This document shows, in pieces, positions 53,101 through 64,000 of a stretch of 64,000 nucleotides of DNA (within the stretch, counting starts at the first letter, position 1; the number at the start of each line of letters is the position of its first letter). Origin of the DNA: Epiperipatus broadwayi (taxonomy: Eukaryota; Animalia; Onychophora); contig JAQFVV010000006.1 in assembly GCA_028023455.1 (NCBI GenBank), positions 19,716,001-19,780,000 of the forward strand, given 5' to 3'. Both the position numbers and the translations under genes were made by a program. Below the pieces are notes generated by a model, which saw only the letters and a program-made list of their open reading frames with translations, ran no database searches and had not been told where the DNA came from.

Positions 53101-53312
53101 TATAATACTGTTTATCAAATGCACTCCGAGCCAAATTAAGCCATATATTAATTTGTTGCTCTAGTTGATACTAATTGTTCCAAACAAACATAACTATCCA
53201 TTCCTACAATTTTCTTCCCAATTAATTATAATATTTTCACACTGGAGAAATTTGTTACATATTGTTTTTGTTTACTGATAATTACTTTCAATCTTTTTTT
53301 TTATATGTCAAA

Positions 53313-53383
53313 GTGTTGACCGGGAAGCGAACCCAGTCCAGCTGCTTGGAAGGCAACTATGCTAACCACTAAACCACCAACAC
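53313..53383 (-). tRNA. tRNA-Gly(TCC), probably a pseudogene
   Basis: GTGTTGGTGGTTTAGTGGTTAGCATAGTTGCCTTCCAAGCAGCTGGACTGGGTTCGCTTCCCGGTCAACAC folds as a full cloverleaf with anticodon TCC, but invariant A58 is C, discriminator is T, there are CpG-type transitions and only TTT then an A-run downstream. Confidence 0.85.
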
Positions 53384-54263
53384 TTGACAATTACTAATTC
53401 CCAAATTTTTGCTTGCAAGACATTGGTTGTTCTCACTCCATGCAAATTTAAGATAATTTAGATCAATGTAATCTAATTCAACATCTGAATTTTTTCTAAA
53501 ATTGGTAAAAGTAATTTCAAAGAAATAAAATTTCCTTGGCATATTCTTCTTTCCATTTTTAATTTTTCAATAATTTCATGAAATTTTAATAATGACAAAG
53601 CACTTTTATATATTTTCTTAATAATTTCAATGTTTTTATATCCTTTTATTTTTTAAAGGATTAATCATACCTGATATATATATAATCTTTTTTTTTTACT
53701 TGCATAAACTCAACATACATAAATTCACATTTATGTAAACAATGTCTGACATAATTTATGACATAGGTAAGAAAAAAAATATATTAATAATCTTCACTTT
53801 GCTTTATCATTACAATATAATAAATCTTGTAAATATAAAAATTATTTTTATAATGGTAAAATTTATTTAAAATATATTGAAGCTGATAGAATCAATATAA
53901 TAAGTTATTGGAAAAGAAGATGAAAAAAATTATACAAAGCAAAATACTAGCAAGGGTATTCAATTAGTTTTCACTGATGTTTTTAAACATTAGAACTTAT
54001 TTCAACATAAGGAAATAAAAATTTTGAAACAATAAAGTACAATTTTATTTCAAATATGTGAGGACTGAAGATGCACATATGGACACTGAATGAAGGTAAA
54101 TATATACAAACATTTCAATTAACATATTCATTTATTGGAAAACAGAAATATTACAAATGATACATTTAGTAACTCAAAAATAATCTATTGTATACATAAA
54201 TAAATTTGAAAGTTTGTGTTCGCTGCACCAATCTTGATGAATCTTGCATATATATATATATAT

Positions 54264-57200
54264 TGAACCGGATTGATTTCCGATTCAATGGTTTTATTAC
54301 TGTTACCGTCGTCCTATTTTAGCTTTTTATCCGTACGTTCCTAAAAGAGATCGAGAGCTCCGAAACAAACATGACATAGCGTAAAGCTTTATTTATTTTC
54401 TTATATCGGTAATTATTCACTATCAATACAAGGGGGCACCAGACACGATGATTTAATTATTATTTAACTTCTCGCATCACCTTACGTCATGTCAAAACGA
54501 TTTCGAAGTCTAATCCCGCCCCCAAGCTCCATCTCCTAGCATGGACCAATAGGGTCACTCAGGGCCACGATGCAATTGTTTCAGCAATTACTCCTTACGT
54601 AAAAGACGCACTGTACACTAATGGGAAGGAAGTTTTATTTATTAACTGAGTGATCCTAGTACTGGACTTAACTATTGGTTGTTGGCGACCAATACGACGG
54701 TTCGTTCATCCCTCCCAAACAATTAGACTTCTTAGATCATCCCCCCTATGAATTACTTTCAATATTAGCATTAAACATTTGTTAATATTTTATTATAGGC
54801 CCGCCCAATTCTTAACCTATCTTAACTAAGAGTAAATAAATAAACATCGTGACTTACGGCACGATGTTGGTAAAAGACATTTTAAAAGGAAACAAATGGT
54901 TAAGTAAACAAATATAAATCTAAATTAGTGTAATTAAATGATAACTTTATTGATGATCAAAAGAAGAAATAAAATAAGAATTTAACTGTACGAAAAGATT
55001 TGAAAAATGCTCGACTTGTTTATATACTGAACAAATTTATTGAATATAAAAAGCAATATTAATTCACATTTTATTAGCACACGCACACACACGCATTCAC
55101 GCACTCGCACAGAAAGAAATATATTATACATATTACAATATGGAATACAAATTTCATTTTATATCTTAAAAGTAATTGCGATGGCTTATTAGATAATAAT
55201 TAAGGTCAAAGTTCATGTTTGGAAAAGTCCTAAGATTAAATTTGATTTTATGAATGTTGAGGTTACGCAAAGATAAGTTACAATAATAGGATAAATGTTA
55301 CGGAATCTTTTATGATTTAATTTACGCAAGTGTAAGTTAGTTAACTATGAGATTGCCTTTAAGAGTTTACGAATGGAGTGAATGAAACATAAAGTAAAAT
55401 AAATTGTTACCTAGGATTTGGATTTCGACTTCCGCTGCTTCGAATGAAATGAGGATTTGAACGTGGGATATGGCATCTTCATAATGAAGTATTCGTTTTA
55501 TTCAAAGTTGAGCATAGCGTGGTCTGGACGATTCTGGTATTTCTCGGAACATTATTATTTGATCGGAGCATTAATTTCAAATGGAGATGTCGTTAAATAT
55601 TCATAGCTTCGGAGATATTTGGTGGCGGAGCGTCGATCAATCACCGACGGGTTTCCTAGCCCATCATGATAATCGACGCTCTCAGTATTAATTTCACAAC
55701 GATCATCTTGAATATGGATACGGCGAAACGAAAGAATATTATTTTATATCAAGCTATATCAAGTAGACTATATTGAATATATCAAGCAAGCACGTTAAGC
55801 GAAAAACATATTAAGCAACAATATCAAGCCAACCATTGAATAGATTTTTCGTGATATTTATATGAGATGGATCTTATCTTAGGATCCAATCTCCCCCCAG
55901 AGTTCCATATTTTTAGAGTTGTCGTTCGGGTCCGCGTCCGATGTAAATGTTCACTCAATCCTTGTGCTTAAGGCAATTTTAGGTCTAGGCAATCTCATGT
56001 TGCAATCTCAGTTAACAAACTTCTATTCATTCACACTTTGAGTGCATACGTGTGTGCGTGTCTTACCAGAACAATACAATTTACATTAACTTAGAAGTCG
56101 AGCATTTAATCTTTTCTCAAAATCATTTCTATAAGTTTTACTTTTACTATAATTATAATTCTAAAAGAAACCCTTTTTTAAATACCCCGTGGCGTATACA
56201 AGTGGAAATTATCTATTAATATTTATAATGGCATATTATATTTTCTTTTATTCTATATTTTTAGAGAATGTTATTTTATTAGTTTATACGAACGCCTTGA
56301 CTATTTAATGAGACAATTATTATCTTTATTTTTACTCGGTTTCAAACCCTATGTAACGCTATTCCGTTACATTACTAATGTTAAAATTTTTATTATTATT
56401 TAAAACACATACATATTTATATTTAAAATAGATCATTTAATGTTTATAGAATTGATTTTAAAATAGTTTACTTTCACTGCTTGTTTTTAATCCATTTAAT
56501 TAAAAAAATAAGCAAACGTGTGATTACATTTCTGTTGCTTATTTTTATCATTTTTAAAGTTAATTCTAAAAGCGGAGATTTAGTTTTGTATTTGTTATTT
56601 TGGTTACAATAATCCCTGGTTGGAATTCTTAAATTGGATTGAGCGGGAAATTAATATTTGCCCTGCCTGAGGTATAGAATTGGACAATAAGGAAGGTTTT
56701 TCGCGGGAAATGTAGCGAGGTAATTATAACCCGCCAAAAAAAAAGGTGGTTGTGATTATTCTAGACTAACAAGGTTTTTAAGAGAGCTTGGTTCAGCTTC
56801 CGATTTCTAGGAGGCTTTAGGATTAATCTGTGGAACTTTATATTAATCACAGTTTGAACATTTAAGAGATTTTTCAAATTCACCTTCGTGATGTCAACAA
56901 ACGCTGCTATACGTATTGGAAGCAATAAGATGCATTGCTCATTTAAATAAGGATGAGCCTCGGGCTCTAGGCTGTTCTTTCATGATGCCATAGCCGGATC
57001 CCCAATTTGCCCCGACACTTGCCTTTGTCATAAAGAGAAGTCACCTGAAAGATGAACTGTTATTAAAAGTGTGGACTCGCCAGAAAATTACTAGAACTCT
57101 GCCGTATCGTAAGATAAACTTTTTCTTATTCTAGCCAGGGTAAATAAATTGTGTTTAATTAAATCTCCATTCAATCTAATGATAAGTATGTTTTAAAGAT

Positions 57201-57350
57201 GTATTCATTATTTTTAATTATTTATTATCTATATGTACTTTTTCTAGTATTTAAAGTGTGTCTTGGAATCTTAGTTTTAAGATTCCAAGTTTGTTTTCAA
57301 TTTTCATTTATCAGGGAGTGCATTGAGAGATTGTATTTTATATGTATAAT
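54264..57350. mobile_element. Unclassified CpG-rich interspersed repeat block (possibly LTR-derived), continuing at 58857-59625 beyond the RTE insertion
   Basis: Abrupt rise in CpG/GC after the (TA)n at 54248-54263; TG...CA-type ends (TGAACCG at 54264, CGGTTTCA at ~56344, TGTAACG at 56352) but no TSD and no recognisable coding motifs. Confidence 0.35.
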
Positions 57351-57363
57351 ATATGCCTAATGA

Positions 57364-58845
57364 AAGGCATATATTATAAGGAAAGGCTCCAGGAAATGAT
57401 GGAATTATAATTGATATATTAAAAGAAGGAGGTGAAGAAATAGAAACAATTTTAGCAAAGTTATATACCAAATGTCTAAATGATAAAGATGTACCGGAAG
57501 ATTGGAAGAATGCAGTAATAATATTAATATTTAAAAAAGGTGATAAAGAAGATATTAGAAATTACAGACCTATCAGCCTTTTATCAGCTTTATATAAAAT
57601 TTTTACCAAGATAATTACAACTCGTCTACAGAGAACTTTGGAATTCCACCAACCAAGAGAACAAGCTGGATTTAAAAGTGGTTTTAGTACAATAGATCAT
57701 ATCCAGGTATTGAGAGAAGTCATAGAAAGGACAAATGAATATGAGTTGTCATTATGTTTTGGATTTGTAGATTATGAAAAGGCATTCGATTCTATACACA
57801 TTTCTTCAGTGATTAAAGCATTGGATCATCAAGGTATAGATCCAGGATATTGTCATATTTTAAAGAATATTTATAAAAATGCAACAGCAACAATTAGATT
57901 ACATAATGATACTGGAAAAATCCACATTGAGAAAGGTGTAAGGCAAGGTGACTCCATATCTCCAAAACTTTTTACAGCAGTGCTGCAAGAAGTATTTTGT
58001 GGATTAAAATGGGAAACTAAAGGAATGAAAGTAAATGGAGAGTATTTAAGTCATTTAGATTTTGCAGATGATGTAGTTGTTTTTGCAAATAATGCTTCAG
58101 AGCTGCAGGAAATGTTGCAGGAGTTAACAGATGAAAGTAGAAAAGTAGGACTAAAGATAAATGTTAAAAAGACTAAAGTAATGTTTAATCGATTTGCTCA
58201 AAATATGAAAATAAAGATTGATTATGAAGAATTAGAAGAAGTTAACAGTTACAAATACCTAGGTCAGATTATTAATACAGATGGAAACATAATGGAGGAA
58301 ATTAATCATAGAATTAAACTTGGTTGGAGTGCTTTTGGTAGAAATAACTTGATACTAAAAGGAAATATGCCTATGTGTTTGAAAAGAATGGTTTTTAACA
58401 AATGTGTTTTACCAGTTCTTACTTATGGATCTGAGACTTGGACACTTAATAGAAGAGCAATACAGAGACTTCAGACCACTCAAAGGAGTATGGAGAGATG
58501 TATGTTGGGAGTAACAAGAAGAGATCGAAAACGCAATGTATGGGTAAGACAACAAACAGGTGTTACTGACCTTATTGAAAAAATTAAAAGATTGAAATGG
58601 AGTTGGGCTGGACATATTGCTAGAAGAAATGATAATAGATGGACAATTGAAATTTTAAACTAAATTCCAAGAGATTGTAAAAGACCCAGAAAGAGACCAC
58701 ATGTGAGATGGATGGATGAAATAAGAAAGTGTGCAGGGGTGTTGTGGAAAAGGGAGGCTAAAGATCAGAGAAGATGGATTAAACTTGGAGAGACCTTCAT
58801 CCTGCAGTGGATTGATAATGGTTGATGATGATGATGATGATGATG
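57364..58845 (+). mobile_element. Young 5'-truncated RTE-clade LINE
   Basis: 11-bp TSD ATGCCTAATGA (57353-57363, 58846-58856); (GAT)n tail 58823-58848. Confidence 0.95.
57380..58825 (+). pseudogene. RTE reverse transcriptase (5'-truncated, one premature stop)
   Basis: Frame open from GKAPGNDG (57380) through NYRPISLLS, QAGF, FVDYEKAFDS, GVRQGDSISPKLF, LDFADD, YLG; TAA at 58661-58663 replaces the W of the WIPR motif, frame then continues to TGA 58823-58825. Confidence 0.95.
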
Positions 58846-59625
58846 ATGCCTAATGATTTCATTAACTATTGCAAAATGCTTTGGCAGTTTTCGTAATTTT
58901 TATTTACTCATCGGCCCTTAGTTGTTGTTGTAAAATAATAAATTTTTAAACACGTTTGGTTTGCACTTTTTGCAAACAACAAAATCTTTTCGCTGGCTAT
59001 TTATCAGATTATTTCTTCGGGTTTTCTGAAAGTAGTCATTTCTTTCCGGATTACGTAAGATTGTGATCAAATATCCTTTTGCTGTCTTGTATGTTAAATC
59101 AACCACGTTTGCTTTAAAAGTAGTATTACGCGCAGCAGTCCTATGGCATTATAACGTCAGTAGTTAGAATGCTACTGATCTATCGTCCACGCTTGTTTTG
59201 TTGATTTCCTACAAGATCGTAACTGTTTTAATATCTCTGAATCAGGAAGCTAGAGTTGTTTTTTTTTTTGTAATTTTATAGGTTGCCAGCAGGAAGCTAT
59301 TGTCCTACCCATTTCTTATATTTTTAGGTGAGAGAATTTTGCTGCCAAAATGTTTCATGTTTTTGTGTTTTCCGTACTCATGTGCACTCTCTGGTAAATA
59401 TGCGTATGTTAATATAAGTCACTTTTGTATTCATGGCTAGATGTCTTTACTCTATTGTCCAACTTTTTAATAAAATTAATTGTTTAAATCTATCTGGCTG
59501 ACGTTTGTCTTGATACTTTTATTTCTCAACTGTCTAAACAATATTTAAGATATCTTGTTTCTCCCTGAGTTTAGTCCGGCGCATTCAGGTTCGCACATCC
59601 TGTCCACCCTTAAAATAAATGTCTA

Positions 59626-59832
59626 GTGATGTGATGTGATGTACTGTAGCTACTCCTTAAACGAAGTCAAGAATCTCTCAGCAATTATACCAAGAAAAAC
59701 TTGTTAGCTACTTAATTTTACATTCCCAGTCTAATTTTTCCCATATTCTGCTAAATCCCCCTTATCTTTTTCCAAACCCAGCATAAAAACCAAGAATCTA
59801 CTTTCTGTATAATCACTTTTTTCATATTTATT
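59626..59832 (-). mobile_element. SINE or LINE 3' end with (CATCA)n tail, copy 2
   Basis: Homologous to 15102-15380 with an internal deletion. Confidence 0.6.
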
Positions 59833-61301
59833 TTCAGATTAGTGGCGCCCTCGTGGTGAGTATATGCGAATCAAAGATCTTTCGTCCAGTACAATATATT
59901 GGAGAATTACATAGGTTATGGATTTTTACTCAATTGTAGTTGATTGAAAAAATTGGGAAATTTACTCCTACTGTAAGCAAAGCCATGGATACTAGCAGTG
60001 ATCTCTAGAGAACTTTCCATCATCTGAAAGTAATTTTTTTTTTCTGAAAAAAAAAAATGTGTACTAAGAATATTAGGGCAATTATTGTAGACTTATTTAG
60101 TAACAAACAAACCAACATTCAAATTTATATGCATACGATTAATAAAATATATTTGAAGAATTATTTAAAATGCTGTAGTGGATTGATTATTAATTTATTA
60201 TGTACATTGCTATTATTTTTAAAAGTAAAGTGATTTAGAAACACTGCATCGAAGGGATTGGTTGTTTGCAATATAGTGAGCATCGCAATAGATGTTATAG
60301 GATAATTCAAATATTTCAATAGTATCAAAGGATTTGAAATCAACAACCAGAATAAATACTAGAGCTCTAAAACAATTCACAATATTTAAATTAAAGATAG
60401 CTCTATTGTGCACAAAACCAGAATTCCTTTATCCTTTCTTTTATTCGTGAAAATATAAATATGAAAAGTTTGCTTGCTAGGCTATAGATTTTTGTTTTGT
60501 GGTATTTAATTGTTTTAAAAAATTTGGTAATTTTCTACTAATGCAAGTAATAAATAAATCATTTTAATTATTTTTATATATAAAAAAAATCTAAAATATA
60601 AATGTAATGTTGATCTATAAAATGCATTTATTATTTTATGTTTAATAATTTATAGAACAAATACTCATGTTGAAACCAAATGCATTATATACTGTAGAAC
60701 AAAAAAAACTTTGAAATAGTAAAATCTACATAAAATGTGTTTTTTAGAATGGATAAAAGAATAATATATATATATTGGTTATTGATGAGCAGGATGGCTG
60801 AGTAAAGAGGAGAAAAGATCTTATCTTCCTTATCAATTATGCAATTGATAAAATGATTTCAAATTGAAAATCTTTTATGATTGTTAAGCAAAATCTTCAA
60901 ATGCTAACATGATTCAAAACAATTAGAAGCCCTGATGAAAGCAGTACCGCTGAATTGATTAAATATCATTGAAGCACTGCCTGTGCATCATAAATGGATG
61001 TGAAGATTAAAAAAGAAAAAATATATATATATATAATGGACAATACAGAAAATAATATAATGCTAATGGTATTATAGTTCTATTGTTTATGTTATTGTTG
61101 TTACAAAATAATAGTAAAAAAAAATATCTTATTTTAATTGCATTTATTTGTCTTAATTGTTTGTAATTCCCCTCAAAAATTCTAAATATTAGATTTTTAA
61201 TCTTAAAATTAAAACACATAAACTTTAGTGATATATGTATGCTTGATCAAATACCTAAATATTAGCAGTCTTAGTTGATTGCTCTAGACTGATCTAATTA
61301 T

Positions 61302-61871
61302 TAAACAAGGCAAAACTCTCTCCATACAGTAGTGCCACCCTGTACCCTGTATGGAGAGAGTTTTGCATTGTTTAATAACAATTATTAAAGAGATGGTGAT
61401 TATGTGATGTTTAGTGGTTTAACACCAATCCTGCTTAGCTAAGAGGATAATGGTGGTATGGTTGTTAAAAAGCCAAAGACACCAAAATGTATGGGTGCTG
61501 AACTGAGTTCAGACCCATATGACTATATAAGCTATTGAGCTTAGATTTAAAATATTATTTATTGTGTTTTCAATTTCATTCTCATAGATTTGTAGTTAAG
61601 CAGAGATAAAAGGTGGCTGCTGGAGGGTTGCATTAGATCCTAAGATCTAGGTGCAGTGCTCTCAGATCCAAAACTCCTCACTGACAAAGGCCACAAGCCA
61701 GAAACTAGTCTGGGGATATTGGATGAGTAGGCACTAGATAGGGATTTTATGCACAAGCCTTCTGGCATCCATTGATTACTCTGGTTAGCACAGGGTGGCA
61801 CTACTGTATGGAGATAGTTTTGGCTTGTTTAATAACAATTATGTGCTAGTATAAGAGATTGTGATCATGTG
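61302..61871 (+). mobile_element. 570-bp hammerhead-containing insertion (Penelope-type non-autonomous element / non-LTR retrozyme-like)
   Basis: 13-bp direct repeat CTGATCTAATTAT at 61289-61301 and 61872-61884; 46-nt 5' segment (61298-61343) is the reverse complement of 61790-61835; terminal redundancy 61347-~61410 vs 61804-61871 (period 457); hammerhead at 61675-61716. Confidence 0.75.
61675..61716 (+). ncRNA. Degenerate minimal type I hammerhead ribozyme
   Basis: Stem I TCCTCA/TGGGGA (6 bp, one GU); core CTGAC[A]A (G8>A); stem II GGC-CACAA-GCC; GAAA; palindromic stem III AC-TA-GT; GUC cleavage triplet ending at 61710. Confidence 0.7.
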
Positions 61872-64000
61872 CTGATCTAATTATCATTTGTTATTTCTTA
61901 ATACAAGCATAAATACAATATAAAAAAATACACAATTATAAATATTTTCTTTTGAGACATTTTAATATACTTCAATGAAGCTCCATATGTCAAAAGATAT
62001 AAAATAATAATGCTACTTTATATTAAAATAAATCACATTTTATAAAATTGGATAGATGTGCTTTTTTTATTAATGAATAATTGCAATGGCCTTATGATTT
62101 AAATATTAAGAAATATACAGTTTAACATCATATTAAATCTGATGTCAGAGTATAGAATCTGCAGTATTTAATGAATATATTAATATGTTAGTGAGCTTAC
62201 TGTTAAGTTTGGAAAATGAATATTTTATGTATATGATATTCATACTATTTGCTCATTATATTAAAGCTAGAAGTGAATGTTTGACATCTGTTTTATATAT
62301 AAAAAATAAAACACAGATGGAAATTTTTTTTTTTTTTTTGGTAAATGATTAATTTGAAATATTCTTTCCACATTTTCAAATTCAGAAATAAAACACCTAA
62401 CATATGACAAATAATTGAGGAATAGAACTTAAAATATATCATTGTCTTAGAATTAATACCATTATCCTGAGCAGTGAGATGTTCGTACAAAATAATTTTG
62501 ACATATTTATATATTTTATTTATTTTATTTTCAAAAAAAATATTATGAAATTTCAAGTTAAAAATAAAAAGTTAATAATATTTTGGAAGATTGAATAAAT
62601 AAAAAATTTAAAGGTTATCATTATCAGAAATTTATTTATTTGGTCAATTATTTGTTTTTGTTTACTTTTTTTTTCCTATTTGCCAAGCAAATTTTTTATA
62701 ATTACTATTTATTTGTACATTTTCTATACTAAAGTCTGGTGATAACTGTGCAGATCAGCTGTTCAGATAGGGTATATTTTAATTTCTTTATGTGTTTTTA
62801 TTTACAATTTTCCAAGTAACAAAGTGATGTCATGTCTTGTATTCTGGTGTACTTGTTGCAAGAGCTAATGTAATGGAGGTAAGATTTAGCAAGAATATAC
62901 TTTAAGTAAATATTCTGATTTACATGGTGCACATAAATTAAAAATATTTGTAAATTAAAATAAATATTTTGCTTTATTGATTAGATGTGTTATTATTCAC
63001 GTTGTAATATATATATGTATGTGTGTTCTTTATACCTAATAATAATCAATAGAGAGCAACACTAAACCTCTAGCCTAGAAAATTTATAATTTACTAACCA
63101 AAAATAATAACATCTTTATAAATTCATGATATTAGTTTTAATAAATTCATATCACCCACAATGTCTAGAAATTATATATTTTTAAAAACATTCACGCCCA
63201 CAATATTAAGAAATTATTTTTTCTCATTCAGTATTAAACTTCAACAAATATAGCATTGCTTGATATTTATACATGTATAAATGCAAAATGTGTTCATGAT
63301 AAAATTATGATTAAAATTTTATAAATGTCAATTAAATGAAGACAAAATTTTTTCAAAGCAGTTAATAGAAATCTAACTAAAACTCATCAAAAAATTAACA
63401 AAAAAACAGATATTTTTTTTGCAAAGATTAGTTAGTACTCATGTGTGGAAAAAAATTATTCAACTAACTGAATGAGTTATGTTTAATCAGTATAAAACAA
63501 TTTGTTGGAATGTAAAGTTTGAATGTTTTGCTTTAAATTGCTTGAAAAGTTATTAGTTATATAACATAAATTATATAAATTCAAATTCAAGAATGTAAAA
63601 AAAAAAATCAAATTGAACAATAATTTAAAATACTCAAATAACCTCTAAAACTCAAAAAAAAATTTAAAATGATAAAAATTTGAATTAAAATTTTAAAATA
63701 CTATATTAATAACAATTTTCAACTATTTTTCTTTTTTTATATTCTTCTCTCACCCCAGTGACTAAATAACTCCACATTTTGCAATTGTTATCTTTTTTAT
63801 CAATTCAATATTTGTTTTATTGTTCACTGCAAATTTCTGACTTGTCAACATTTCTTCTGATAAGAAATGGCAGTTTTTTTCCCCTCTCTCTCCATTATAC
63901 ATATCACATTAAAATAAATATAAAAAATAACTAATTTTATTGACATTGTTAATATTCATATTTTTTCATTGCATCATTTTTTAAGTTTTTCCATATGAAA

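Noticed and set aside
54264-55137. Solo LTR with TG...CA ends and ATAT TSD
   Set aside because: ATAT is expected by chance here and CpG-rich sequence continues past 55137
59570-59627. Helitron 3' end (hairpin + CTAG-T)
   Set aside because: No good GC-rich hairpin; CTAG abuts the tail of an unrelated retro-repeat
59843-59860. TGGCGCCC primer-binding site
   Set aside because: Complementarity to a tRNA 3' end does not extend recognisably and no adjacent LTR end was identified
60931-60965. CTGATGA-A-AGC-AGTACC-GCT-GAAT hammerhead-like string
   Set aside because: GAAA box is GAAT, and no stem III/NUH or stem I pairing can be formed

Overview
Very AT-rich eukaryotic (probably invertebrate) intronic/intergenic DNA. 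No host protein-coding gene can be supported; the recognisable content is transposable elements of different ages. Main items: (1) a full-length but disabled 6.26-kb L1/Tx1-type non-LTR retrotransposon on the minus strand (8058-14313) with a perfect 16-bp TSD, a very long zinc-knuckle ORF1 and an APE-RT-CCHC ORF2; (2) a diverged relative (about 29640-32500, +) that keeps ORF1 and the ORF2 C-terminus plus poly(A) but lacks EN/RT (half-L1-like); (3) several RTE-clade LINE copies, the youngest at 57364-58845 with an 11-bp TSD; (4) hAT, Tigger/pogo, mariner and Tc1-like DNA-transposon remnants and MITEs, including a TGT...ACA long-TIR element; (5) a perfect 125-bp-arm palindrome; (6) a tRNA-Gly(TCC) pseudogene and a related fragment; (7) two small elements each containing a decayed Penelope/retrozyme-type minimal hammerhead ribozyme (6050-6081 minus; 61675-61716 plus), one inside a 570-bp TSD-flanked, terminally redundant insertion that looks like a reverse-transcribed circular RNA. 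Family assignments come from motif recognition by eye, not database searches; most small ORFs in the supplied track are spurious or are fragments of these elements.
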